Source of the DNA: Barthelona sp. PAP020
Taxonomy: Eukaryota
DNA: 64,000 bases
Reading direction: 5' to 3'
Assembly: GCA_040182905.1 (NCBI GenBank)
Contig: JARQWU010000029.1
Coordinates: 1-64,000 of the forward strand
Made by a program: the position numbers and the translations under genes. Below, piece by piece: positions 43,601-50,612 of this stretch. How positions within the stretch are numbered: position 1 is the first letter of the stretch; each line of letters starts with the position of its first letter. Below the pieces are notes generated by a model that was not told the origin of the DNA, made no database searches, and worked only from the letters and a program-made list of their open reading frames with translations.

Positions 43601-46600
43601 TGATGAATTCAACCCTTTGTTGGTTGATGAGTATGAAACGATTTCTGCTCGTTTTGAATACAATGGTGACAGTTATCTGTCCCCTGAAGAAGAGATCCAA
43701 ATTTACAGTGAGCCGATTTTGCTATCTGTTGAACCGTCTTCATTGCCAAGAACTAGTGCAAAGAATCTTACAGTTCAAGGTATCAACATTCGAGCTTTTG
43801 GTAACCCCATAAAGGTTAAGTTGCAAAGTGTATTGCAAGACAAGGAAATCATTACGTTTGGAGTTGTTAAAGGCGACTCAATTGAAATTGTTCATGTTCC
43901 TCTGCCTTTTGCATCTTTGACTTATGATGTCATTCAAATCTTGCCTGCACTAAATAATCACGATTTCGCAATGAATGGTATATCTTATACCAGTTATGAA
44001 ATGCCTGTTATACGCAGTTTATCACCATCAAATGTTGTGTCCTATGGTGGTGAAATTGTGGAACTTAATGTCAGTTCAATATTCAGATCTTCTAGTGCCA
44101 TTGTTGGTTTATATTTTATCAATGATAACGATGAGTTTGAATTATTCAGTACTGCGTTAACCAGTATCATTGATGAAAATACTGTGAAAATTGTCACTCC
44201 AACGATGTCTGCCTCTCATAAATGGTATTATCCTGCTTTATCGTTAAATGGCGATGATTTTAATCCTAGCAATAATATATTTTTAACTATTGATGATAGT
44301 TCGTACATAAGCATCGTGGATATCTCCAGTTTGGTCATTTTACATCCTTGTGTTGCCACTAGTTCAGCAAAGATCACATTTAAATTATCTTCTGATGTGG
44401 AAGAGCAAGCTTATGGTAACTTCACATACTACAATGATGTTGGTTCTGTTGTTAATGAGGTTAAAGAAGTAAAAATATGGAAAGGTGATGATGGTGTTTA
44501 TGAGCTCGTTTTTGACCAAAATAATTGCTCAAGTTCAGAAATTCAATTAACTGTGAGTCATCTGAAGTTCAATATGTTTTTTAAGGTGCAATCGTCAGTC
44601 ATTCCAACACAAACAATATCTTTCTTCTCCTCACCTCCAACATTTGATAATATCTATCCATCAACTGTTGAGCAGATTGGAAACTTTCAGGTGCTTATCG
44701 GAGGACAGAATTTTTCTATCGCTAATTTCCAATCCCTTGTTAAAATTGGCTCATATTTAGTTGAAGATTATCTTGTAAGGAATAACACTGCGATAATGTT
44801 TTCCACACCACCTATACCAGAACCAATATCTTTGGAAGTGTTTGTAGCTATCGATGGTTTTACTTTCAAAACAACAAACTTGTTTTTACATGTTGAAGGG
44901 TGTAGTAAGGGATATTACTCATCATCTTATCTTGAAGCGTGCAGGCCATGTTCAGAAGGAACAGCTATTGATGTTGAAAATGCTGTTTCTTGTAAGTCTT
45001 GTGCTCCGGGTTATTATGCTGATGAAAAGGGTTTAACGAATTGTAAAACCTGTCCAGAACATGCTATTTCTCCAAAAGGTGCAAGTAACGTTTCAGAATG
45101 CTACTGTGAAGCAGGATATTTTGGACAGTATGGGCAAAAGTGTCATAAATGTCCTCCTGGTGCAACATGTCCAAAAGGTTCCATATATCCCATTCCAAAT
45201 AAAGGTTATTGGTCAAGTAAAAATGATCCCACAGTTGTTGTTGAATGTATTCCTGCCAATGCCTGTAGTGGTGGTAATCTCAGTGCCAGTGCCACGGCTG
45301 ACGACATATTCGGTTCCTGTGATAATGGATTTTCTGGGGAAAGATGTTCAGAATGTGGTGCAGGACATTACGTTACAAGTAGTGATATGTGTATTCAATG
45401 TCCAGATTTGGGTCTTTTAAGTGTGATCTTTGTAATCGTTGGTGCAATCATTCTGTGCATTATAATGATTTGTATAACTCGGCCTCCTGAAAAATATCAA
45501 AATCTTGTGAATAATTCACCTTCAAATCTAGTTCGGGATGAAAGTGAAGATGACACAGAGCTTAATCTAAAAACAAAGAAATTAACATCCCAACCTAGCA
45601 CTACAAGCATTTCTAGCGAAAGTAGTGAGCACAATATGGAAAATATCCCTAGAACATTGACTAATTTGGTTGGTGCATTGAAACAAAATGCCACTACTTT
45701 AACTATCGGTATAAACTTTGCTCAGGTTACAGCCATACTCAAAAACTTTGATTTAGCATGGCCTGATAGCATTTTGAAAGTCTTTTCATGGTTTTCAACT
45801 CTAAATTTCAATTTGAGTGTTGCTTCCCCTGGGTGTTTGTTCACAATGAATTTCATTCAGGATGTATATTCAAGATTGGCACTGCCTATTCTATTCCTCA
45901 TCATATTTGTGGGTATTTATTTTATCGGAAAGAAATTCTTGGCAGTGGGTAAATCTATCACATGGAAATATAATATTATCGCTTCTTTTGCATTATTGAT
46001 GGTATATCTATACTCGTTTTTAGGACAAGCAGGTTTAGATTTCTTTAATTGTACAACATTGGCTGATGGCACAAGGGTTTTGGTCAAATCACCTGATATT
46101 ATCTGTAATTCATCAGAATGGAGTGGACATATGTTCGTTCCCATGTTGGGTATAATCATATATGTTTTTGGGATTCCTATTACATATTTTGTTATTGTTC
46201 GTCATTTTGCAAAGGATAAGAGGTTAGATGAGATGGCTATTAAGGTGTCTTTGGGAAAGTTATATGAGAACTACGTTGGCATTTATGCTTTCTGGGAGTC
46301 GTTTATCATGTTAAGAAAGTTGTTAGTTCTGCTATGCATTGTCTTTTTAGCTACAAGTGAAACTGATAAGGCTCTTTTATCAGTGTGCCTTTTATTCGTT
46401 GCTTTATTAGCTCAAGTGTTCTTTGCCCCTTTTAAATCTGCTAAATTTGATGTGATGGAATTCAGTTCATTATTGGCATCTTTGTTAGTATTGTTTTCTG
46501 GTATTGTTTCGGATCATGCCGATGTAACAAGCGGTGTAAAGACCATTATGAACCTTATTGCTGTATTGGGAGTTTTGTTTGTTGTTGTGATTTTCATCAC

Positions 46601-47852
46601 AATTTTGATAAGCAACATTCAACCGTTGAAATGGTTTGAAAAGCTATTCCCTGTTGATGAAGTTGATCGTAAGGGTATTTTTGAGAAAGATGACACTGAA
46701 GTTGATATTGGTGAAGTTCCGGAAGAACACAAAGAAAGTGATCCAGTGGAAGAGAATATTCAAGACAAGGAACTTATTATTGATGAAGAGACTGTTGACA
46801 CTGATCTCAAAATTAAATCAGAGGAAGAAATGAATCAGATCATTTCAAATTCGATTGTCTCCAATCATGCATCTTCTAATTCTTCACTTTTGAATGATGA
46901 AAATCCAGATGGTGAACCCAGTTTTAAGGCAATAACACCCATTTTCTCAGATAACGAGAGTGATAGTGAAGAATCGGATATTGAAAACATTGAAATAGGA
47001 ACACCAAACATTGGTAATGCTATTATCACAGATACAGTTGATGATGAAAATGTGCAAACAAAGGAAGACTTATTATTGGATGATTTGGGCAAACTTTTCA
47101 ACAAGGATACTGAAATGCAAATAGGTAATAATAAAGTTTCTGACTCTGATTCTGATGATATTTTAGATGGTTTGGATTTTAACAATATGCATAATTCAGG
47201 GAAAAACCTTTTAATGAGCGAAAGAAAATCACAGAACTCACAGAACTCATTGCTTTTTGATTCCGAATCAAATAGCATTGACTTCAATGAAAGTGACCTT
47301 GAAGAGCTTTCGTTAGAAAATAAAAGTCATGAGAAACATGAAAGGAACAGAAATAAGCTGAACACGTTACGTCGAAATAAAAGGAAAAACACAAATCAAA
47401 ACCAATCCCAAAAGCATCCACAACCTTCGAAATCTGGCAATGATATGTTACCACAGATTGGTTTCAAAAAGATCGATTATCATGATGACGTTTTTGCCAA
47501 TGAACAACCTGAATTGTTAAATAGAAATAATCGATCGCCGTCTTATGCAAGCGATATTGGAAAGTTATTGAATGAGATGCATTTACCGACTTTGAGCACT
47601 ACACAAATTGAAAATAACAAAGATGTAACCACAGTAACTCACAACAAGTGGCATCTCAGCAGTGACGATGATGTTCCTGAAGTTGTACCAATGGCAATTA
47701 CAAATTTCACAAAGGCGGTTAATTGGGAAGATGATGCCGCCAAAAAGAAGGTTAAAAAACCCAAGAAAAAGTCAAAAATAGATAAAAAATCAGACAATTT
47801 TTATGGAAACAGCTTTGATTTTGACAATTTAAATTTGAATAAATGGAGATAG
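28656..47852 (+). CDS. Giant (6398 aa) cell-surface protein: signal peptide, EGF-like modules, FG-GAP-like propellers, Cys-rich repeats, IPT/TIG, ephrin-receptor-like Cys repeats, ~9 TM TRP-like domain, acidic cytoplasmic tail
   Basis: Single 19.2-kb ORF with an N-terminal hydrophobic leader. EGF-like motifs, FGVSVD motifs and CxxC repeats are visible. TIG-like starts (PVIRSLSPS, PTFDNIYPS). TM block at ~45410-46620 contains FWESFIMLRK and APFKS. Confidence 0.9.
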   Translation: MIIFFKRLILFLFLAIFFKRIESKDFDNVILHPCGGLSIYGPQCEFNSTHCLNGIVFRGACQCFDNYYGTHCEYEKNNDLKIYDSVFIKGYTNTSTMSFEKIPQKYHENKAMKFFYKTENFTCFAIGEMFYVEYFVDNIFVWKKGVDITNFAITNNSIITEVYFEYFGALVVVNDFLILELRWFENQKISVDHVFSFPSISSYYGVQYIKQMLYVIPFSETGFELFILSSSGDLYFCSLDRSVKLLEAPLKIHESQEIKGFSISYENDKDNHLLAWNDHYFAICPNIFNISTCSYEHFANHVIKQVTIFETNIILRVLKNDIVTLVFFNTIYDFDFPHSAIFGKTASVGELFVRNNQLYFTSTYGRLFMILLTNTSTNTNLKINNYFFDSLIEIKSNQTTWALQADFSLQSLVRDTTKALPKLFFYEAHFPGHLKIRELSKFQRHLILNSNITEWTVPIKIECPQGQSFSNISYALCRGIDEFTGYKHPYGSLVERCPYGFYASSNRECLQCTGTSDDPKACPQYKYNLETLEIEQCGVNSTLPCVTCEYPLVLDLFNRKCMFMRPINRTEQPIIDYFGQVVSNDTIVSMRLSIVDGEIKKFLPTPYEISELAYNEYFDDFGNVLTCSGRLVRYFGRICGHICSNSSRFGNKCQYSQDSCVGGIVRNGRCICNKGMYGQFCDIMKPTFEYAYNIKTMIDLNDDRLGFGVTAFENIYSMAYSGFSESALQIYLLYGYIEFYITPGSDDYDIDTEFGFMGYGGIDQSKYSINSDKMSSFYFSYFYPGSMHPNVPIFSHGDTLMILSNYSGNEYHFFREVQDADGFFIEKVDAWTWGNIYESPIEMKRAGASVIVVTNASSVYLYYSGSWHRTVWDETPYFGYFAQSNSIFLFKSLAKELIFFNGYWMNTITGVPDVLSTNMLHISKILIDGDDFFTLSEEKGVCRFNSIESHVMCYDISKYVGYSQIVSDFELLSGSIVITTTDSMVIVLNYDGVMQHLVELVNSYIVGIFNGSLEFISQCYDDAEPAVENGNDHFSCVALMDPDTLESHFDDSLMYSSGGIQFDAMGWSYTDLVDLLIPNTLRLQYGYHCDFDGKYFYQSPVHVYNNESFIGYQFTFVTPYSIFYGCLGAAEVVLPSMFSYCQIMPLNQYISDTTAPFTFSKVEDGHRRDLNSINTLIQCQDQFTYCLDGLSRNCSIGYKADADSHSNCVVCDDGDFCAFNSSYSSTSDKFWIDEFNTTVYPLTNRKFRNSSGDFLCAFGFEANEDGTACEACINSTCAQGYSVESPPFYKIGSIEPCDVNEACFGTHEQYLTSDEYFNGVNIFTCPYNTYHGGDMYSIECHPCEIGKIVVDNRCLYVSYKASLYPPLINDVTVADNHFLILNETSTLHPDNMDVFFDESTNFEITVNPDNYNVGDTTGTDIDSLATDYSVDIFDVCPTNTWGPECEYTHQQCVHGKVILGQCYCHEEFIGSFCESKNLFKSFKAFKSFYNSELPMTIPFLNDFDVSLRECSVNNSLNIISATLDMVYDADTNSLRFYYGVNKNIVQIAPLYIANFTYGELFVSSEFDVQITNNRTFGALTVATNESVFVAHFKFDNSFVYITEINLLSCGLPQVTMNVRNILLMDNYMVLFMSDEAIYQMYTNTSYCIAALMGINNRFIAEDFDRTPSNISYLNRQLNYVKHFDTNTLMAVANYAVVTYNIVEKKYHRFVMEDVLFCHQQCSTFSFMWYNPIQGTASYYCDSVPYYMNFKGVDVKNACTSKDTFDLPVIFPLWKTYDRKTQKIKDIAFSINFNQEFFWILSNGRVISSKDLPFFETKDNSRDYASNQEFKAFFHVKYLKFFENPFVYSPISVSCPPNTQLNLTSYPYARNGYSNYSSESLLFNSLCSPVIDDGNVTSLFGTRVSKNECFDVRGSSYSDGFGEYCYLPYEGVDHFINSVKTIDSYHLKKVNFSLIEIEANSTEGTLNLNNFSCPNGFSAHKNRRECLFCDPTEVCFSGRVYSINNFIETFGLTLPTTHSLVNGKIVLNYSATICGPYEEYRNGECSKALKTSFPGTGPYGLYNSNFCSNGYAVGKRCECFAGWTGIRCDLHVSEADFRLFNSKLFLDYGIISEGNSSDSHSETYTFSSKGLLIDDYLIENCFEPVRLDESVWCMDLDYLFNPAEPTNGIIRSFKFIFQGNNMTIVVLSDGSGFLLNASKYFEILQHVPLPPITNGKCQIFDAFMDFNSKDVINFLMVCTTEDEVSSLYHANITLGDIGSIKFDAINDGPYKYQYLFNKYNNVNKMYHRISSKGTIFANGTIHFKDSDWKIDLSAKNLIPVALYDSDSLVIVTPLCDIGKYYSMSYMMCTTPNSGYNVSRSRFDYVNEAGTDLEMLQGGVNNANVFYDVCDGTKSHTYVNHHKRTCPGFLQTGEKCPDGHVCLNGHSFYCGDYYLYANTVTQRCEICPLGKACYKGVIHKDFSPLKTIGQYILPSDYYNGYRCANGSIPFNHHCLPWGNHTYVIYPNHLDFSSPLEWKQVSGETKLIGINGDMMLFETAFKWHSVVDGMLYNCENGFYLNSSRQCEETAPYMGTYNVRSTLKAGESCSSGTYWNGMICSSYLPMNSMGYSRISYWDDYYFGSNTDGYKWLNGELIECASNEVCFDDVVHFCPEGMTGKYDLRKCILECEFGWVYNSITEECEEKCPQTDPHYKNSYDPILDVCVLRNQTVGWYYLDGYGWKPCEIGYACPGYEFEPIKCDEDSVINAVGDACISFTDILNKDKESTCDTTSSKGFVFDSSFFYHNLKFFNNSKAKVMGVSSNGRLTAISLRIYDGCVEEGCGCRVAVFGENLETPIWMVENNLDGMCDRMILNDKTFGINIKISDKYLVSANGTQAKIYDVATWPFVELQFDKALLPFFSINIDDDTNMLAIGTQIFVKSDPITFSYVNAVDRSLWCYLGGFNCSFALKKNLFIVGNPKNENYEGTVHVFRVYLATNTIFKLASLSYTDSFNEVINCESNSRFGVSVDIAEDYSIVVGSKYEILIYNYAGSNVWTFNQSLVDNFACEHTFENRVVKLSSDGSFLTSHLTYIDNDGLFNTHFLIFIESNKWYQLMYTNITQFSEDIYVQQYFIDSQIMDISNHTISFVNYAKSRIDRYMINCTSCEHYERFEQVVGEVYCVPKTQYALPCVEMNTYYNASSYMCVPCVHVDVILDKCIMSIPLGYYYVDGVGIKICPIGFACPGNNEPIIKCQIGEILNSNGSLCMNSSLAFENYVEEGHCIGGFSHKYAEIEDPYAYFNGQGTVEKLHVVSNTNLTLIVLRITDCVQDAEYCGLYWVVYGRNDTIPVWSLEISGDSDSLVNVTMSDDYIFAAFNKSDFRIYKIADLSFSLIISFVPTPAEVYTTMYEDTYRLISTDGNFFIINNLVYYLIADTYFSAVKELKVTAVDWSLSDVVVKNGIVFLSRTYKDGDNLLHELDMYDLNSYFTVTYFIGISKVIEHSFDNFLLEDSFERAIGLDYDSNTGLVAYGTRDNIYVYSFNNFTYEYSLLIAFKDNLMEAIDRSIKIRNESLIVSSVGYNSSGHYVASVQLFFDSSKRTDGSGTFQLQFIDVFDTTTSYLSVAISDDVVRVVSNKHTKILTYIMECQNCDSPLMINANYYSMWSYDSLYDYCKMSSRYFLPCSNGTFYNASSYACETCYDQGIQCINGGRVFECPFNEWSLDAINCIEAICPNGSRFDNDLKDCVECSNPHQICVSGTVIECGIDEITNNYIDCVSCGWNSLYNSFLQACEYAYAPVGQYYIGNTSYGGVATCLPNHSCAGGINSPVECLKGEIVDFAGGSCISLEFEGLTGEEFCENGYFPSQPYDPLKNCSCYFGMFRGFNLMNVNGTYKNLTEINNDGSSYFFNVAFNKNSTIYHNPNDNESYISLLGLNQKIPLFREPIASEKFVMLSASNRYAFAFYFKESSLKLDVFRIDYFDKKFVSQTFKTTPSLNMYSSIELGDDLLYVDGVFYVATETDVLEKVAVINNFCSALDLVSVGFNENYVIIGCASELVNERERGVVKIIDWTIEWKVVKTLTNINVTFPDSSYISSVKMNLNFGVSVDLDIQMKIVAIASYHFTYVYSFDSIDGSYELMRVKEHIVFTQKFGESTCNRIVKIANQTILSGFWLKYTDDKYLGDGGFELFAEINLKWVNVFDIMKSNVWYNVLRLSSDGRAFMGTIQTDDTVNVKPVMVGDTCSNKCFGELIYNATSNQCVIDPNLVTCDPGYYSDFDRCIRCIGPVYCVDNIQLPCPNGTTPSIDRTTCVACPTDKYCVENSFPKQCPYNTIPSPSTNASECVKCGSGYHGDGMKCVECSYPYVCPNGIQEKCPFGKKPLNSSHCTACVLPEQCPDGIVKYCLPGKYAVSNTLCDYCPVLHMCLGGNNMPIECNYNQIVATNNQSCLDCGSDSYCVDGVSTRCDPGQMPDETHSKCVPCTSTMVCPHGIAKSCSDGTLPNAGNTFCEPCTLGMVCSEGISKYCDDGFMPNADQTACIACEEKMICLSGSVYSCPSRFTPNELQTACVDCSLDKVCPNGYEETCSPGMMPDKSSTECVPCEEGYICEYGYADVCPTAFQPSVDKLSCVTCEDGYICPQGDKVSCDAGEYAYLSSVCKPCPAENYCENGLIKTCEPGLQPNSVNTGCETCEIGYSCPNGSKIQCSTGTMPDTSQTLCIDCAEGKACPSGVPITCPGGYAPSSNHSLCISCPSGFVCPSGVKEVCGNGYRPAEDRINCEEITMNCPDGQIPDTTFSSCISCPLNRICSGNVAYLCDSGKQPNVLQTECVECDFNHVCPYGFSTYCSPGMYDLEDNINCDPCLSNKVCPNGYIETCVDGFMPDDYNLACINCTVGHICIDGVASRCSGTTVPNSLRTECLECPNNNICQNGISKECSTNMVPNDELDTCVPCGDCVFRFNPVVLPRALNNRTIEIVLLKNVTITQDVILTIPKFNLQLISSSNYSNTFVFELPDEFNPLLVDEYETISARFEYNGDSYLSPEEEIQIYSEPILLSVEPSSLPRTSAKNLTVQGINIRAFGNPIKVKLQSVLQDKEIITFGVVKGDSIEIVHVPLPFASLTYDVIQILPALNNHDFAMNGISYTSYEMPVIRSLSPSNVVSYGGEIVELNVSSIFRSSSAIVGLYFINDNDEFELFSTALTSIIDENTVKIVTPTMSASHKWYYPALSLNGDDFNPSNNIFLTIDDSSYISIVDISSLVILHPCVATSSAKITFKLSSDVEEQAYGNFTYYNDVGSVVNEVKEVKIWKGDDGVYELVFDQNNCSSSEIQLTVSHLKFNMFFKVQSSVIPTQTISFFSSPPTFDNIYPSTVEQIGNFQVLIGGQNFSIANFQSLVKIGSYLVEDYLVRNNTAIMFSTPPIPEPISLEVFVAIDGFTFKTTNLFLHVEGCSKGYYSSSYLEACRPCSEGTAIDVENAVSCKSCAPGYYADEKGLTNCKTCPEHAISPKGASNVSECYCEAGYFGQYGQKCHKCPPGATCPKGSIYPIPNKGYWSSKNDPTVVVECIPANACSGGNLSASATADDIFGSCDNGFSGERCSECGAGHYVTSSDMCIQCPDLGLLSVIFVIVGAIILCIIMICITRPPEKYQNLVNNSPSNLVRDESEDDTELNLKTKKLTSQPSTTSISSESSEHNMENIPRTLTNLVGALKQNATTLTIGINFAQVTAILKNFDLAWPDSILKVFSWFSTLNFNLSVASPGCLFTMNFIQDVYSRLALPILFLIIFVGIYFIGKKFLAVGKSITWKYNIIASFALLMVYLYSFLGQAGLDFFNCTTLADGTRVLVKSPDIICNSSEWSGHMFVPMLGIIIYVFGIPITYFVIVRHFAKDKRLDEMAIKVSLGKLYENYVGIYAFWESFIMLRKLLVLLCIVFLATSETDKALLSVCLLFVALLAQVFFAPFKSAKFDVMEFSSLLASLLVLFSGIVSDHADVTSGVKTIMNLIAVLGVLFVVVIFITILISNIQPLKWFEKLFPVDEVDRKGIFEKDDTEVDIGEVPEEHKESDPVEENIQDKELIIDEETVDTDLKIKSEEEMNQIISNSIVSNHASSNSSLLNDENPDGEPSFKAITPIFSDNESDSEESDIENIEIGTPNIGNAIITDTVDDENVQTKEDLLLDDLGKLFNKDTEMQIGNNKVSDSDSDDILDGLDFNNMHNSGKNLLMSERKSQNSQNSLLFDSESNSIDFNESDLEELSLENKSHEKHERNRNKLNTLRRNKRKNTNQNQSQKHPQPSKSGNDMLPQIGFKKIDYHDDVFANEQPELLNRNNRSPSYASDIGKLLNEMHLPTLSTTQIENNKDVTTVTHNKWHLSSDDDVPEVVPMAITNFTKAVNWEDDAAKKKVKKPKKKSKIDKKSDNFYGNSFDFDNLNLNKWR
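41376..43430 (+). repeat. Protein-level tandem array of ~23 30-aa Cys-rich repeats (C-x12-C-x2-C-x5-C-x7)
   Basis: Examples: CDPGQMPDETHSKCVPCTSTMVCPHGIAKS, CSDGTLPNAGNTFCEPCTLGMVCSEGISKY. Diverged at the DNA level. Confidence 0.85.
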
Positions 47853-48156
47853 CAGTGGAGCCTTTTATTCATTCTTAAACAATAAAATGTAAATATAATT
47901 ATATCTTTTTTTCTGCAATTTTTAAATAAAACAGTAAATAGGACGTCAACACAAATCCTAAGTGTTTCAACCATCATTTCGACAAGATTTTGAAGTTTTG
48001 TGGAATATTATGATTCTTTCTTGTGATTTTAAAAATGGATTCTCATCATGAAATATACAATTCAAACGAATTAAATAGAATGTTGGATGATTCAGGAATA
48101 GTTCTTGGAAGATATAGATCTGCAAACTCTTGAAAAATATGAAGATTTTCTAAAAC

Positions 48157-49432
48157 ATGTCCAGTTTAATATTTCCAGATTATGTTACCGAAGAAAATGA
48201 TAACCATTTATATTTGGGGGAACAAAATGGAATTATTGTTGTTATCAAATGTTATACAAAAGGGATAAAAGGGGATGAACTGATAAAAGAATGTTGTGAC
48301 TTGTTTCAAAGATTTCCATTCATGCGAAGGGTGTTTGGTACCACATAAATCAATGAAAGCTATGGTATTGTGATAGAGTTTTGTGAAACCATTTTTGCAA
48401 AAATGATAACTGATTTTTCAACAAATTTGAACCAAAAAAAAATTGAATTAACTCATCAAATTGAAGTATTAGCTGAACAATCAAATCAACTAAAAAATTG
48501 GAAGATTATTAAAGGCTCTCCAAAAACTGGAAACCAAAACTTTTTTGCAATTCAAAATTTCGAAGAAACCCTTGTGTTTAGTGATGAGTTTCCTGGTAAA
48601 TATGTTTGTGCCCTTAACTTTAGCTCTAATGGACAATTTTTTGCTATTGCAGGCTGTTGGAACAGTAAACTTCTGAGAGTGTATGATTCCAAAACCCATG
48701 GAATTGTCAATGAAAATGAGTATGTCAAAACAAGGGGTCTCAGTTTTTTTCCAGACTCTAAATTGTTGGTTGTTGGTGGAAAAGGTCCAGAAATTCCCAT
48801 AATTGATGTTGAAAAACAATGGGAGCAACAGCTGTGGGATTCGAAATGTAAATCATGTGTCGTTTTCACCAGATGGCAAAGTACTTTCTTTGGTATGGAC
48901 CGTGGGTATATTGCCATATACATGCCAGAAGGACAAAAATTACATGAATCTAAACAACATCAAAAATTTGTCGGATCGGTTCGTATTGGTCCTCACATGA
49001 AATACTTCACTTCTATTATTCTTGATGGACACTCAAAGTTGTTATTCTTAGAAGGTTATGAAGAGATTCACTCTTGGAATCATTGTAAAAAAGTATATTT
49101 TGGTAGTTTTTCACCAAATGGTGAGTTTTGGGCAACAGGAAATGTCAGTGGCACAATACGCGTATTCAGGGTTGAATCTAGAGAGTTGGTGGGAAATCAT
49201 AAAGTTCATAATGGTTCGGTTCCATCTATCATATTCTCCAAGATAATTTGATATATACCTGTTCTATTGATAAATCTTTTGCTATAACTCGAGGGAAACA
49301 AAACAAGTAGTACAAAAAGTGTTTGTTAACTTTGAAATATTGGTTATTGCAATCAATTTCAATGGAACTCGATTATTATGTTGTGGTTCTAAGATTCCAA
49401 AAATTATCCAAGAAATTGTGAGATATTATTAA
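48157..49432 (+). pseudogene. Pseudogene paralog of the 9656-11875 pseudokinase-WD40 gene
   Basis: In-frame TAA at 48346-48348 (RVFGTT*INESYGIVIEF vs KILGITDIEDKKGIVMEY). Kinase C-lobe deleted. WD40 segments lie in shifted frames (NVNHVSFSPDGKVLS; QDNLIYTCSIDKSF; RETKQVVQKV...RLLCCG). No CaaX. Confidence 0.85.
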
Positions 49433-49653
49433 TAAAATTTTTCTCCAAATTAAACGTGTAGAGCCGCCATTTGGACATATTTGTGAATATTTAAGACTTT
49501 TTTGTCTTTTGACATTTTCTTTGGTTAATGTTTGTCTTAACTAAATAAAGCACATTAGATTATGAAGCTAAGAATAATCGTAATAGAAATTTGTAAATGG
49601 TTTGCTTCCCAATGGATGGGTAGTTGGATTGTTTTTTTTTTTGTCATTTAAGA

Positions 49654-50472
49654 ATGTACTTCAACGATCAAAACTTGATGGAAACGTTTCATCAAATTAC
49701 CAATGAGCATACAAATAAAATAGATGAACCCTCAAAACATCATAGAAATACTACATCTAATTTATTTGATTTTTCTACTTTGGCTACTGATATGGCTCAA
49801 AGATTACAACAAACTTCTGAATTATTTGATAGATTATCTCAAATAACTGGTGGATTAAAAAATTTTGAAACAAATGGTGAAGAAGTTCAACGTTTATTCG
49901 AAATCATTCAAAATCAATTGACTTCTATGAAGGATCAAATGCCTATATTACAAGGCGTTACCGAAACTCAACGATTAAACATTCAATCTCGAAAGTTTGC
50001 TGAAAACGTCTGTCAAACTTTGCAACATAAAACTGTAATGTTATCTTCACAATATAAATCAGCTTTAGAAGCTCATAGTCGATATATTACCAATCAAACA
50101 GAAAGAAGGACAATGTTATACAAGGACACAACTTTGGTAGACGTTCCTTTATTGGATGATAATGCTCATGGGCAGACTACAATGACATATGCACAAGATT
50201 TCAGAAGTTCTCAAACAGAAACCTTGAAGCAAATTGACACCATGTTGAATGAGCTACAAGATATATTCAAACAACTAAATTCTATCATTACAATGCATGA
50301 TGAAATCATTATTAATATTGAAAACACTGTTGATGATACTAACATGCATTTAGATGGTGCTGTTGTTGAAATTCAAAAGTTTTATAATAATATGAAGAAT
50401 AACAGAAAGTTGTTGATATATATTTTTATTGCTTTGATCATTGTTGTGTTTGTATATAAATTGATTATCTGA
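49654..50472 (+). CDS. STX5: Syntaxin-5 (Sed5)-like Qa-SNARE
   Basis: Habc region (FSTLATDMAQRLQQTSELFDRLSQI), SNARE motif (IDTMLNELQDIFKQL...INIENTV) and C-terminal TM. First ATG at 49654. Confidence 0.8.
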   Translation: MYFNDQNLMETFHQITNEHTNKIDEPSKHHRNTTSNLFDFSTLATDMAQRLQQTSELFDRLSQITGGLKNFETNGEEVQRLFEIIQNQLTSMKDQMPILQGVTETQRLNIQSRKFAENVCQTLQHKTVMLSSQYKSALEAHSRYITNQTERRTMLYKDTTLVDVPLLDDNAHGQTTMTYAQDFRSSQTETLKQIDTMLNELQDIFKQLNSIITMHDEIIINIENTVDDTNMHLDGAVVEIQKFYNNMKNNRKLLIYIFIALIIVVFVYKLII

Positions 50473-50612
50473 GGTCAGAATTCTTTTTTTTTTTTCAACT
50501 TATAATTGTGGTTATATTGTCTTAACATGATGTAGAAACGATATTACAGGGAAATATGATGATTTAAAAAAACCACAATTTTATTTTTTTTTTTTGTTTT
50601 ATTGTTGTTAAA

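Noticed and set aside
48346..48348. In-frame TAA as evidence of stop-codon reassignment (e.g. TAA=Gln) or readthrough
   Set aside because: TAA, TAG and TGA all terminate conserved proteins at the expected positions (PKA FDDF-TAA, RBM19 TAG, CaaX genes TGA). The same locus also has a deletion and several frameshifts, so it is a pseudogene.
49466..49476. GCCGCCATTTG resembling a YY1 binding site upstream of syntaxin-5
   Set aside because: Single occurrence, and no evidence for the factor in this lineage.
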